Assembly: GCF_036588685.1 (NCBI RefSeq)
Contig: NC_086383.1
Location: 71,052,001 to 71,116,000, forward strand
Origin: Mytilus trossulus
Taxonomy: Eukaryota
Length of the DNA stretch: 64,000 nt
Reading direction: 5' to 3'
Part shown: positions 11,922 to 23,157 of the stretch, in pieces
Layout: each line of letters opens with the position of its first letter
Position numbering within the stretch: the first letter of the stretch is position 1
Position numbers and translations under genes: made by a program
Notes under the pieces: model-generated
Seen by the model: the letters and a program-made list of their open reading frames with translations, nothing else
Databases searched by the model: none
What the model was told of the DNA's origin: nothing

Positions 11922-12003
11922 AACGAGGCCTGGAATGGCGTTATTTTCAAATCGTTATTCGTAGTATAAACTTCGTAAAGGATAATATTTTGAATCATTC
12001 AAA

Positions 12004-12579
12004 ATGGCAGACGCAACAGCAGCACCAGCAGTAGCACCAGCTAAATCACCAAAGAAAAAGGCAGCAGCCAAGCCAAAGAAGCCTTCCGCACATCCTAAAT
12101 ACAGCGAGATGATTGGAAAAGCCATCGCCGCTTTGAAAGAACGTGGAGGTTCCTCAAGGCAAGCAATTCTGAAGTACATCATGGCCAACTTCAACGTCGG
12201 AAAAGATGCCAAGTCAGTAAATGCTCATTTAAAACTTGCACTCAGAGCCGGAGTTAAGAACAACAGTTTGAAGCAGTCCAAGGGAACTGGAGCATCCGGC
12301 TCTTTCAGAATTGGAGAGGCTAAAGTGGTTAAAAAGAAGCCAGCAAAGGCAAAAAAAGCAGCCAAACCTAAGGCCGCCAAGCCTAAGAAGGCAAAGACCA
12401 CACCCAAGAAAAAGAAGCCAGCAGCAAAGAAACCAGCTGGAGAGAAAAAGGCGGCCAAACCAAAAGCAAAAAAACCAGCAGCAAAGAAAGCAGCCAAGCC
12501 AAAGAAGCCAGCAGCCAAGTCACCAGCCAAAAAGAAGGCAGCCAAACCAAAAGCCAAGAAGACACCAAAGAAGAAGTAA
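12004..12579 (+). CDS. H1: Linker histone H1 (191 aa)
   Basis: Same H1 protein; CAAAATGG start context; TATA at 11914; stem-loop at 12623. Confidence 0.98.
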   Translation: MADATAAPAVAPAKSPKKKAAAKPKKPSAHPKYSEMIGKAIAALKERGGSSRQAILKYIMANFNVGKDAKSVNAHLKLALRAGVKNNSLKQSKGTGASGSFRIGEAKVVKKKPAKAKKAAKPKAAKPKKAKTTPKKKKPAAKKPAGEKKAAKPKAKKPAAKKAAKPKKPAAKSPAKKKAAKPKAKKTPKKK

Positions 12580-12617
12580 ACTGTTCCAGACTTCAGTCTG
12601 CAGAGGCTATTCAGCCA

Positions 12618-12643
12618 CCAAAAGCCCTTTTAAGGGCTACCCA
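12618..12643 (+). terminator. Histone 3' stem-loop (SLBP site) with A-U basal pair (all complete units)
   Basis: CCAAA-AGCCCT-TTTA-AGGGCT-ACCCA: 6-bp stem, 4-nt loop, canonical flanks, stem starting 44 nt after the stop. Confidence 0.95.
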
Positions 12644-12650
12644 ATTTATT

Positions 12651-12659
12651 CAAAAAGAA
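12651..12659 (+). promoter_or_regulatory. Purine-rich histone downstream element (putative U7 snRNA site)
   Basis: CAAAAAGAA ~13 nt after the stem-loop, the expected position for an HDE. Confidence 0.75.
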
Positions 12660-12857
12660 TCTACAATTGTTGTACATTAGTTATCAAACTAAATCTAGCT
12701 GAGCCCTACTTTCTCTGAACTTTGCACTGGTCTCTGAAATATTTTTTTGGTCAAATTATTTCCATTGTTTGTTTTATTTCACTCCTTATGACTATACTAT
12801 TTCTAACACCTAAATATGCAGCTGTTGTTTTGGATATTTTTTGTGTAGTTAGGCACC

Positions 12858-12906
12858 ATTAAAGTTATATCAGTGTATTTTCACGCACTTGTTAGAACTG
12901 AATAAA
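12858..12906 (+). terminator. Candidate downstream polyadenylation signals (ATTAAA 12858-12863, AATAAA 12901-12906)
   Basis: First hexamer matches after the stem-loop, with TGTA motifs upstream; the AT-rich context makes chance matches likely. Confidence 0.35.
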
Positions 12907-13686
12907 ACTTTTTCTAATCAGTTTTCGTTAGAATGACAATCTACGAAAATAGGAAGTCATGCTAGGGTTTTATTGTGCTCTTTTTTTAGGGGGAAGGGGG
13001 TCAAAATCACACAGCTAACCTTCAACCGAAAAATCATTTTTGTCATTATATGAGTTTTTCCATTTCTCTCTTCTTCTTCGTGTTCAACTTGACTGACATT
13101 TTTAGTTGGACTTTTTCTACACGTATGCAAAGTCAAAGGTTGGCTCACTATTTCATATCAACTAGTCAATGGGGAGGTAACTCTGAAATTAAACTCAGTA
13201 CTTTTTTTCAGTACTATATAAATAAACTGTTAAAATGTACACAATACAAAAGATGTATAACGTATCGTCAAAATCAGATTAGTAGCAAATGAATGCAGTG
13301 ACGTTTGTCTGTTATATATTTATTTTTTTATTTATTATTTGTCAAAATTACTACAATAATATTGTGTATTAAAATTTAGAAGGAAACTCTAAAGTACGGA
13401 GGTTTTTGTTCAACATTTAACAGTTCTGCAATTATTTTGTCATTTTATTACCTGCGATTTATTATGCAAATTTCACTATTCTCTACCTTTCGAATTTCAC
13501 CTTTGTTTTACTCGTGTATAAAATAAATGCACCTACTTGTTTCTATGTTTCTTTCAAATGGTTGTCCTGTGATTTTTCTCTTCTTTTTTCTCTCTGTTAT
13601 TTAGTGTGTGACGACTTGACTGTATCTTTGCTATGTCTTTTTAATCTGTCGACAGCACGCGAGGTGAATCAACCCGAAACAATACA

Positions 13687-13703
13687 GTGACGTCACATGT
13701 GAC
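13687..13703. promoter_or_regulatory. Overlapping palindromes with consensus CRE (TGACGTCA) and E-box (CACATG/CATGTG) in the spacer
   Basis: GTGACGTCAC (13687-13696) overlaps GTCACATGTGAC (13692-13703); function inferred only. Confidence 0.4.
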
Positions 13704-15528
13704 TACTGTGATGAACAAAAACAAGGATGGATGGACGGACAGTGGTACAAAAGTAAGAAAAAGTTATTTCTCTGATAACAGGTATCGCGTGAATTGTAGG
13801 TTCACGGTATAGGTTTTTTTCTCTCATTTTTGAAGATCATCTATACAGTTGTCTATAATTGCTTACATCCACTTCATTTGAACTATGGTGGATAGTTGTC
13901 TCATTGGCAATCATACCACATCTCCTTCCTTATTTTCATATTGAAATGACAGCACCTTAACGACACACACAAACATAGCCTACTAGTATATACGTACATG
14001 GGAGACTGAGAAAATCTGTGCTTATTGGAAAATGATAAAAAAAAAAAAAATCTTTAAGGTATGCTATGACTAAGCTTAAAATATAAGGTAGATAGGGAGT
14101 AGGAAGCACACATATTCTTTTTTTTATTTGGCCTTAATGAAGAAGAAAACCACACACACAGCATATTACATCTTGTACTAACATCCATTAAACGCTATGC
14201 TAATATGTCTTCAAAAGAGAACCCTATTATATATCCCCCCTTTTTTCTCCGGATTTTGTTTTTTTGGAAAAAGGGGGAGGGGCTGGCGGTTTAGTTCAAT
14301 ACAGTGGGAAAATGTTTTGCCCAAAGTCCAATGGTTCACACTGATGTGTTTTTGTCCTTCCGTCTCTTTTTAATCGTCCGTGTCACGGGATGCTGCTTCA
14401 CCCGTTACCGGTTCTGGGTTCACTTGCATAGCTTATATAGGTATAATGCATATGTATAGCTAGAGTCTTCACTGTGACACACATTCCCCTTTTTGAGGGG
14501 AAATAAATGAACTTTTGTAATTGTCCATTAAGATACAAATGATATGTACCACTTTCGAATTATAAAACTACAAAAATCTTCGTGTTTTGTTTTTGTTTTT
14601 GTTTGTATCGAAACTTTCAGGCGGCCAGGCCACTTTGAGCTCTGATCATCGGTTATTGATAATAAAATTAATTAAATATATTTTGTTGAAAAATATGGTA
14701 TATTCTATAAGACATATTCGAGTTTTTGACTTGAAAGTGCGCAAATTGTACATAAAATGGAAATAAAAGCGAATGTGCATCATACAGAACAGTTGTTCAG
14801 TGCCTGAGATCCACTGAAAACAAAGTCGCTCTCTGAAAAGTTCCCAACGCTAAATTAAATAAAAAGATGTTTCAAATTCGTATTCTAGATATTGGGTTTG
14901 TTCATTCGAATCTTGAATGTTTGCGAAATTTCGCTCGGGTTGAATAAAAATGTTATTTGAAGTTTTAGTAAAAATCTGCAATTAAACAATGGCGCGTGAA
15001 CTTTTTGTGTGTTTCCCTCTAGCTGGAAACAAACTTATTACGAGGAGGAACATGCTTCCAGTGAATAAAAACGGAAAGAAACCTAGAGAGAAATGATTTT
15101 TCTTCCGCTGTACAATTTTACGACGATAGAATATTTGTGTAATGAGAAAAACTCGTAAATTTTCTGTCAACATACCTGCGAAGACAATTCAGTCGGTTCT
15201 ACTTTAACTATTAATATCTTTTTACTGTGTACATCGAAAAATACACAGTTTATCTAACATGCAAGATTAATGACTGTTGAGCAATTTGGTATGCTATATG
15301 TGAATGTTTTTGATAGAATTATACTATAAATTATCATAAAAGTCTTCGAAGAAGCACATAATCATTTTACCGAGATCGCGTAATGGATTTTACAAGTTAT
15401 TTTTAAGGGTGTCTTCGTCGAGGTCCGCGTTCGTCTGTTATAAATAAACGAGGCCTGGAATGGCGTTATTTTCAAATCGTTATTCGTAGTATAAACTTCG
15501 TAAAGGATAATATTTTGAATCATTCAAA

Positions 15529-16104
15529 ATGGCAGACGCAACAGCAGCACCAGCAGTAGCACCAGCTAAATCACCAAAGAAAAAGGCAGCAGCCAAGCCA
15601 AAGAAGCCTTCCGCACATCCTAAATACAGCGAGATGATTGGAAAAGCCATCGCCGCTTTGAAAGAACGTGGAGGTTCCTCAAGGCAAGCAATTCTGAAGT
15701 ACATCATGGCCAACTTCAACGTCGGAAAAGATGCCAAGTCAGTAAATGCTCATTTAAAACTTGCACTCAGAGCCGGAGTTAAGAACAACAGTTTGAAGCA
15801 GTCCAAGGGAACTGGAGCATCCGGCTCTTTCAGAATTGGAGAGGCTAAAGTGGTTAAAAAGAAGCCAGCAAAGGCAAAAAAAGCAGCCAAACCTAAGGCC
15901 GCCAAGCCTAAGAAGGCAAAGACCACACCCAAGAAAAAGAAGCCAGCAGCAAAGAAACCAGCTGGAGAGAAAAAGGCGGCCAAACCAAAAGCAAAAAAAC
16001 CAGCAGCAAAGAAAGCAGCCAAGCCAAAGAAGCCAGCAGCCAAGTCACCAGCCAAAAAGAAGGCAGCCAAACCAAAAGCCAAGAAGACACCAAAGAAGAA
16101 GTAA
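15529..16104 (+). CDS. H1: Linker histone H1 (191 aa)
   Basis: Identical translation. Confidence 0.98.
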   Translation: MADATAAPAVAPAKSPKKKAAAKPKKPSAHPKYSEMIGKAIAALKERGGSSRQAILKYIMANFNVGKDAKSVNAHLKLALRAGVKNNSLKQSKGTGASGSFRIGEAKVVKKKPAKAKKAAKPKAAKPKKAKTTPKKKKPAAKKPAGEKKAAKPKAKKPAAKKAAKPKKPAAKSPAKKKAAKPKAKKTPKKK

Positions 16105-19054
16105 ACTGTTCCAGACTTCAGTCTGCAGAGGCTATTCAGCCACCAAAAGCCCTTTTAAGGGCTACCCAATTTATTCAAAAAGAATCTACAATTGTTGTAC
16201 ATTAGTTATCAAACTAAATCTAGCTGAGCCCTACTTTCTCTGAACTTTGCACTGGTCTCTGAAATATTTTTTTGGTCAAATTATTTCCATTGTTTGTTTT
16301 ATTTCACTCCTTATGACTATACTATTTCTAACACCTAAATATGCAGCTGTTGTTTTGGATATTTTTTGTGTAGTTAGGCACCATTAAAGTTATATCAGTG
16401 TATTTTCACGCACTTGTTAGAACTGAATAAAACTTTTTCTAATCAGTTTTCGTTAGAATGACAATCTACGAAAATAGGAAGTCATGCTAGGGTTTTATTG
16501 TGCTCTTTTTTTAGGGGGAAGGGGGTCAAAATCACACAGCTAACCTTCAACCGAAAAATCATTTTTGTCATTATATGAGTTTTTCCATTTCTCTCTTCTT
16601 CTTCGTGTTCAACTTGACTGACATTTTTAGTTGGACTTTTTCTACACGTATGCAAAGTCAAAGGTTGGCTCACTATTTCATATCAACTAGTCAATGGGGA
16701 GGTAACTCTGAAATTAAACTCAGTACTTTTTTTCAGTACTATATAAATAAACTGTTAAAATGTACACAATACAAAAGATGTATAACGTATCGTCAAAATC
16801 AGATTAGTAGCAAATGAATGCAGTGACGTTTGTCTGTTATATATTTATTTTTTTATTTATTATTTGTCAAAATTACTACAATAATATTGTGTATTAAAAT
16901 TTAGAAGGAAACTCTAAAGTACGGAGGTTTTTGTTCAACATTTAACAGTTCTGCAATTATTTTGTCATTTTATTACCTGCGATTTATTATGCAAATTTCA
17001 CTATTCTCTACCTTTCGAATTTCACCTTTGTTTTACTCGTGTATAAAATAAATGCACCTACTTGTTTCTATGTTTCTTTCAAATGGTTGTCCTGTGATTT
17101 TTCTCTTCTTTTTTCTCTCTGTTATTTAGTGTGTGACGACTTGACTGTATCTTTGCTATGTCTTTTTAATCTGTCGACAGCACGCGAGGTGAATCAACCC
17201 GAAACAATACAGTGACGTCACATGTGACTACTGTGATGAACAAAAACAAGGATGGATGGACGGACAGTGGTACAAAAGTAAGAAAAAGTTATTTCTCTGA
17301 TAACAGGTATCGCGTGAATTGTAGGTTCACGGTATAGGTTTTTTTCTCTCATTTTTGAAGATCATCTATACAGTTGTCTATAATTGCTTACATCCACTTC
17401 ATTTGAACTATGGTGGATAGTTGTCTCATTGGCAATCATACCACATCTCCTTCCTTATTTTCATATTGAAATGACAGCACCTTAACGACACACACAAACA
17501 TAGCCTACTAGTATATACGTACATGGGAGACTGAGAAAATCTGTGCTTATTGGAAAATGATAAAAAAAAAAAAAATCTTTAAGGTATGCTATGACTAAGC
17601 TTAAAATATAAGGTAGATAGGGAGTAGGAAGCACACATATTCTTTTTTTTATTTGGCCTTAATGAAGAAGAAAACCACACACACAGCATATTACATCTTG
17701 TACTAACATCCATTAAACGCTATGCTAATATGTCTTCAAAAGAGAACCCTATTATATATCCCCCCTTTTTTCTCCGGATTTTGTTTTTTTGGAAAAAGGG
17801 GGAGGGGCTGGCGGTTTAGTTCAATACAGTGGGAAAATGTTTTGCCCAAAGTCCAATGGTTCACACTGATGTGTTTTTGTCCTTCCGTCTCTTTTTAATC
17901 GTCCGTGTCACGGGATGCTGCTTCACCCGTTACCGGTTCTGGGTTCACTTGCATAGCTTATATAGGTATAATGCATATGTATAGCTAGAGTCTTCACTGT
18001 GACACACATTCCCCTTTTTGAGGGGAAATAAATGAACTTTTGTAATTGTCCATTAAGATACAAATGATATGTACCACTTTCGAATTATAAAACTACAAAA
18101 ATCTTCGTGTTTTGTTTTTGTTTTTGTTTGTATCGAAACTTTCAGGCGGCCAGGCCACTTTGAGCTCTGATCATCGGTTATTGATAATAAAATTAATTAA
18201 ATATATTTTGTTGAAAAATATGGTATATTCTATAAGACATATTCGAGTTTTTGACTTGAAAGTGCGCAAATTGTACATGAAAATGGAAATAAAAGCGAAT
18301 GTGCATCATACAGAACAGTTGTTCAGTGCCTGAGATCCACTGAAAACAAAGTCGCTCTCTGAAAAGTTCCCAACGCTAAATTAAATAAAAAGATGTTTCA
18401 AATTCGTATTCTAGATATTGGGTTTGTTCATTCGAATCTTGAATGTTTGCGAAATTTCGCTCGGGTTGAATAAAAATGTTATTTGAAGTTTTAGTAAAAA
18501 TCTGCAATTAAACAATGGCGCGTGAACTTTTTGTGTGTTTCCCTCTAGCTGGAAACAAACTTATTACGAGGAGGAACATGCTTCCAGTGAATAAAAACGG
18601 AAAGAAACCTAGAGAGAAATGATTTTTCTTCCGCTGTACAATTTTACGACGATAGAATATTTGTGTAATGAGAAAAACTCGTAAATTTTCTGTCAACATA
18701 CCTGCGAAGACAATTCAGTCGGTTCTACTTTAACTATTAATATCTTTTTACTGTGTACATCGAAAAATACACAGTTTATCTAACATGCAAGATTAATGAC
18801 TGTTGAGCAATTTGGTATGCTATATGTGAATGTTTTTGATAGAATTATACTATAAATTATCATAAAAGTCTTCGAAGAAGCACATAATCATTTTACCGAG
18901 ATCGCGTAATGGATTTTACAAGTTATTTTTAAGGGTGTCTTCGTCGAGGTCCGCGTTCGTCTGTTATAAATAAACGAGGCCTGGAATGGCGTTATTTTCA
19001 AATCGTTATTCGTAGTATAAACTTCGTAAAGGATAATATTTTGAATCATTCAAA

Positions 19055-19630
19055 ATGGCAGACGCAACAGCAGCACCAGCAGTAGCACCAGCTAAATCAC
19101 CAAAGAAAAAGGCAGCAGCCAAGCCAAAGAAGCCTTCCGCACATCCTAAATACAGCGAGATGATTGGAAAAGCCATCGCCGCTTTGAAAGAACGTGGAGG
19201 TTCCTCAAGGCAAGCAATTCTGAAGTACATCATGGCCAACTTCAACGTCGGAAAAGATGCCAAGTCAGTAAATGCTCATTTAAAACTTGCACTCAGAGCC
19301 GGAGTTAAGAACAACAGTTTGAAGCAGTCCAAGGGAACTGGAGCATCCGGCTCTTTCAGAATTGGAGAGGCTAAAGTGGTTAAAAAGAAGCCAGCAAAGG
19401 CAAAAAAAGCAGCCAAACCTAAGGCCGCCAAGCCTAAGAAGGCAAAGACCACACCCAAGAAAAAGAAGCCAGCAGCAAAGAAACCAGCTGGAGAGAAAAA
19501 GGCGGCCAAACCAAAAGCAAAAAAACCAGCAGCAAAGAAAGCAGCCAAGCCAAAGAAGCCAGCAGCCAAGTCACCAGCCAAAAAGAAGGCAGCCAAACCA
19601 AAAGCCAAGAAGACACCAAAGAAGAAGTAA
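19055..19630 (+). CDS. H1: Linker histone H1 (191 aa)
   Basis: Identical translation. Confidence 0.98.
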   Translation: MADATAAPAVAPAKSPKKKAAAKPKKPSAHPKYSEMIGKAIAALKERGGSSRQAILKYIMANFNVGKDAKSVNAHLKLALRAGVKNNSLKQSKGTGASGSFRIGEAKVVKKKPAKAKKAAKPKAAKPKKAKTTPKKKKPAAKKPAGEKKAAKPKAKKPAAKKAAKPKKPAAKSPAKKKAAKPKAKKTPKKK

Positions 19631-22581
19631 ACTGTTCCAGACTTCAGTCTGCAGAGGCTATTCAGCCACCAAAAGCCCTTTTAAGGGCTACCCAATTTAT
19701 TCAAAAAGAATCTACAATTGTTGTACATTAGTTATCAAACTAAATCTAGCTGAGCCCTACTTTCTCTGAACTTTGCACTGGTCTCTGAAATATTTTTTTG
19801 GTCAAATTATTTCCATTGTTTGTTTTATTTCACTCCTTATGACTATACTATTTCTAACACCTAAATATGCAGCTGTTGTTTTGGATATTTTTTGTGTAGT
19901 TAGGCACCATTAAAGTTATATCAGTGTATTTTCACGCACTTGTTAGAACTGAATAAAACTTTTTCTAATCAGTTTTCGTTAGAATGACAATCTACGAAAA
20001 TAGGAAGTCATGCTAGGGTTTTATTGTGCTCTTTTTTTAGGGGGAAGGGGGTCAAAATCACACAGCTAACCTTCAACCGAAAAATCATTTTTGTCATTAT
20101 ATGAGTTTTTCCATTCTCTCTCTTCTTCTTCGTGTTCAACTTGACTGACATTTTTAGTTGGACTTTTTCTACACGTATGCAAAGTCAAAGGTTGGCTCAC
20201 TATTTCATATCAACTAGTCAATGGGGAGGTAACTCTGAAATTAAACTCAGTACTTTTTTTCAGTACTATATAAATAAACTGTTAAAATGTACACAATACA
20301 AAAGATGTATAACGTATCGTCAAAATCAGATTAGTAGCAAATGAATGCAGTGACGTTTGTCTGTTATATATTTATTTTTTTATTTATTATTTGTCAAAAT
20401 TACTACAATAATATTGTGTATTAAAATTTAGAAGGAAACTCTAAAGTACGGAGGTTTTTGTTCAACATTTAACAGTTCTGCAATTATTTTGTCATTTTAT
20501 TACCTGCGATTTATTATGCAAATTTCACTATTCTCTACCTTTCGAATTTCACCTTTGTTTTACTCGTGTATAAAATAAATGCACCTACTTGTTTCTATGT
20601 TTCTTTCAAATGGTTGTCCTGTGATTTTTCTCTTCTTTTTTCTCTCTGTTATTTAGTGTGTGACGACTTGACTGTATCTTTGCTATGTCTTTTTAATCTG
20701 TCGACAGCACGCGAGGTGAATCAACCCGAAACAATACAGTGACGTCACATGTGACTACTGTGATGAACAAAAACAAGGATGGATGGACGGACAGTGGTAC
20801 AAAAGTAAGAAAAAGTTATTTCTCTGATAACAGGTATCGCGTGAATTGTAGGTTCACGGTATAGGTTTTTTTCTCTCATTTTTGAAGATCATCTATACAG
20901 TTGTCTATAATTGCTTACATCCACTTCATTTGAACTATGGTGGATAGTTGTCTCATTGGCAATCATACCACATCTCCTTCCTTATTTTCATATTGAAATG
21001 ACAGCACCTTAACGACACACACAAACATAGCCTACTAGTATATACGTACATGGGAGACTGAGAAAATCTGTGCTTATTGGAAAATGATAAAAAAAAAAAA
21101 AATCTTTAAGGTATGCTATGACTAAGCTTAAAATATAAGGTAGATAGGGAGTAGGAAGCACACATATTCTTTTTTTTATTTGGCCTTAATGAAGAAGAAA
21201 ACCACACACACAGCATATTACATCTTGTACTAACATCCATTAAACGCTATGCTAATATGTCTTCAAAAGAGAACCCTATTATATATCCCCCCTTTTTTCT
21301 CCGGATTTTGTTTTTTTGGAAAAAGGGGGAGGGGCTGGCGGTTTAGTTCAATACAGTGGGAAAATGTTTTGCCCAAAGTCCAATGGTTCACACTGATGTG
21401 TTTTTGTCCTTCCGTCTCTTTTTAATCGTCCGTGTCACGGGATGCTGCTTCACCCGTTACCGGTTCTGGGTTCACTTGCATAGCTTATATAGGTATAATG
21501 CATATGTATAGCTAGAGTCTTCACTGTGACACACATTCCCCTTTTTGAGGGGAAATAAATGAACTTTTGTAATTGTCCATTAAGATACAAATGATATGTA
21601 CCACTTTCGAATTATAAAACTACAAAAATCTTCGTGTTTTGTTTTTGTTTTTGTTTGTATCGAAACTTTCAGGCGGCCAGGCCACTTTGAGCTCTGATCA
21701 TCGGTTATTGATAATAAAATTAATTAAATATATTTTGTTGAAAAATATGGTATATTCTATAAGACATATTCGAGTTTTTGACTTGAAAGTGCGCAAATTG
21801 TACATGAAAATGGAAATAAAAGCGAATGTGCATCATACAGAACAGTTGTTCAGTGCCTGAGATCCACTGAAAACAAAGTCGCTCTCTGAAAAGTTCCCAA
21901 CGCTAAATTAAATAAAAAGATGTTTCAAATTCGTATTCTAGATATTGGGTTTGTTCATTCGAATCTTGAATGTTTGCGAAATTTCGCTCGGGTTGAATAA
22001 AAATGTTATTTGAAGTTTTAGTAAAAATCTGCAATTAAACAATGGCGCGTGAACTTTTTGTGTGTTTCCCTCTAGCTGGAAACAAACTTATTACGAGGAG
22101 GAACATGCTTCCAGTGAATAAAAACGGAAAGAAACCTAGAGAGAAATGATTTTTCTTCCGCTGTACAATTTTACGACGATAGAATATTTGTGTAATGAGA
22201 AAAACTCGTAAATTTTCTGTCAACATACCTGCGAAGACAATTCAGTCGGTTCTACTTTAACTATTAATATCTTTTTACTGTGTACATCGAAAAATACACA
22301 GTTTATCTAACATGCAAGATTAATGACTGTTGAGCAATTTGGTATGCTATATGTGAATGTTTTTGATAGAATTATACTATAAATTATCATAAAAGTCTTC
22401 GAAGAAGCACATAATCATTTTACCGAGATCGCGTAATGGATTTTACAAGTTATTTTTAAGGGTGTCTTCGTCGAGGTCCGCGTTCGTCTGTTATAAATAA
22501 ACGAGGCCTGGAATGGCGTTATTTTCAAATCGTTATTCGTAGTATAAACTTCGTAAAGGATAATATTTTGAATCATTCAAA

Positions 22582-23157
22582 ATGGCAGACGCAACAGCAG
22601 CACCAGCAGTAGCACCAGCTAAATCACCAAAGAAAAAGGCAGCAGCCAAGCCAAAGAAGCCTTCCGCACATCCTAAATACAGCGAGATGATTGGAAAAGC
22701 CATCGCCGCTTTGAAAGAACGTGGAGGTTCCTCAAGGCAAGCAATTCTGAAGTACATCATGGCCAACTTCAACGTCGGAAAAGATGCCAAGTCAGTAAAT
22801 GCTCATTTAAAACTTGCACTCAGAGCCGGAGTTAAGAACAACAGTTTGAAGCAGTCCAAGGGAACTGGAGCATCCGGCTCTTTCAGAATTGGAGAGGCTA
22901 AAGTGGTTAAAAAGAAGCCAGCAAAGGCAAAAAAAGCAGCCAAACCTAAGGCCGCCAAGCCTAAGAAGGCAAAGACCACACCCAAGAAAAAGAAGCCAGC
23001 AGCAAAGAAACCAGCTGGAGAGAAAAAGGCGGCCAAACCAAAAGCAAAAAAACCAGCAGCAAAGAAAGCAGCCAAGCCAAAGAAGCCAGCAGCCAAGTCA
23101 CCAGCCAAAAAGAAGGCAGCCAAACCAAAAGCCAAGAAGACACCAAAGAAGAAGTAA
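22582..23157 (+). CDS. H1: Linker histone H1 (191 aa)
   Basis: Identical translation. Confidence 0.98.
   Translation: MADATAAPAVAPAKSPKKKAAAKPKKPSAHPKYSEMIGKAIAALKERGGSSRQAILKYIMANFNVGKDAKSVNAHLKLALRAGVKNNSLKQSKGTGASGSFRIGEAKVVKKKPAKAKKAAKPKAAKPKKAKTTPKKKKPAAKKPAGEKKAAKPKAKKPAAKKAAKPKKPAAKSPAKKKAAKPKAKKTPKKK

Noticed and set aside
12225-12568. Hydrophobic antisense ORFs (110 aa MAFGLAAFF..., 61 aa MVSSWLL...) and the 85-aa antisense ORF
   Set aside because: Shadows of the AAG/GCA/CCA-rich H1 codons on the opposite strand; no independent promoter or domain.
12311-12718. 135-aa Arg/Gln-rich same-strand ORF as an independent protamine-like gene
   Set aside because: Alternative frame of the H1 tail with a non-ATG start, running through the stem-loop cleavage site.
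13196-13215. CAGTACT-T run-CAGTACT mini repeat/hairpin
   Set aside because: Too short and AT-rich to distinguish from chance.
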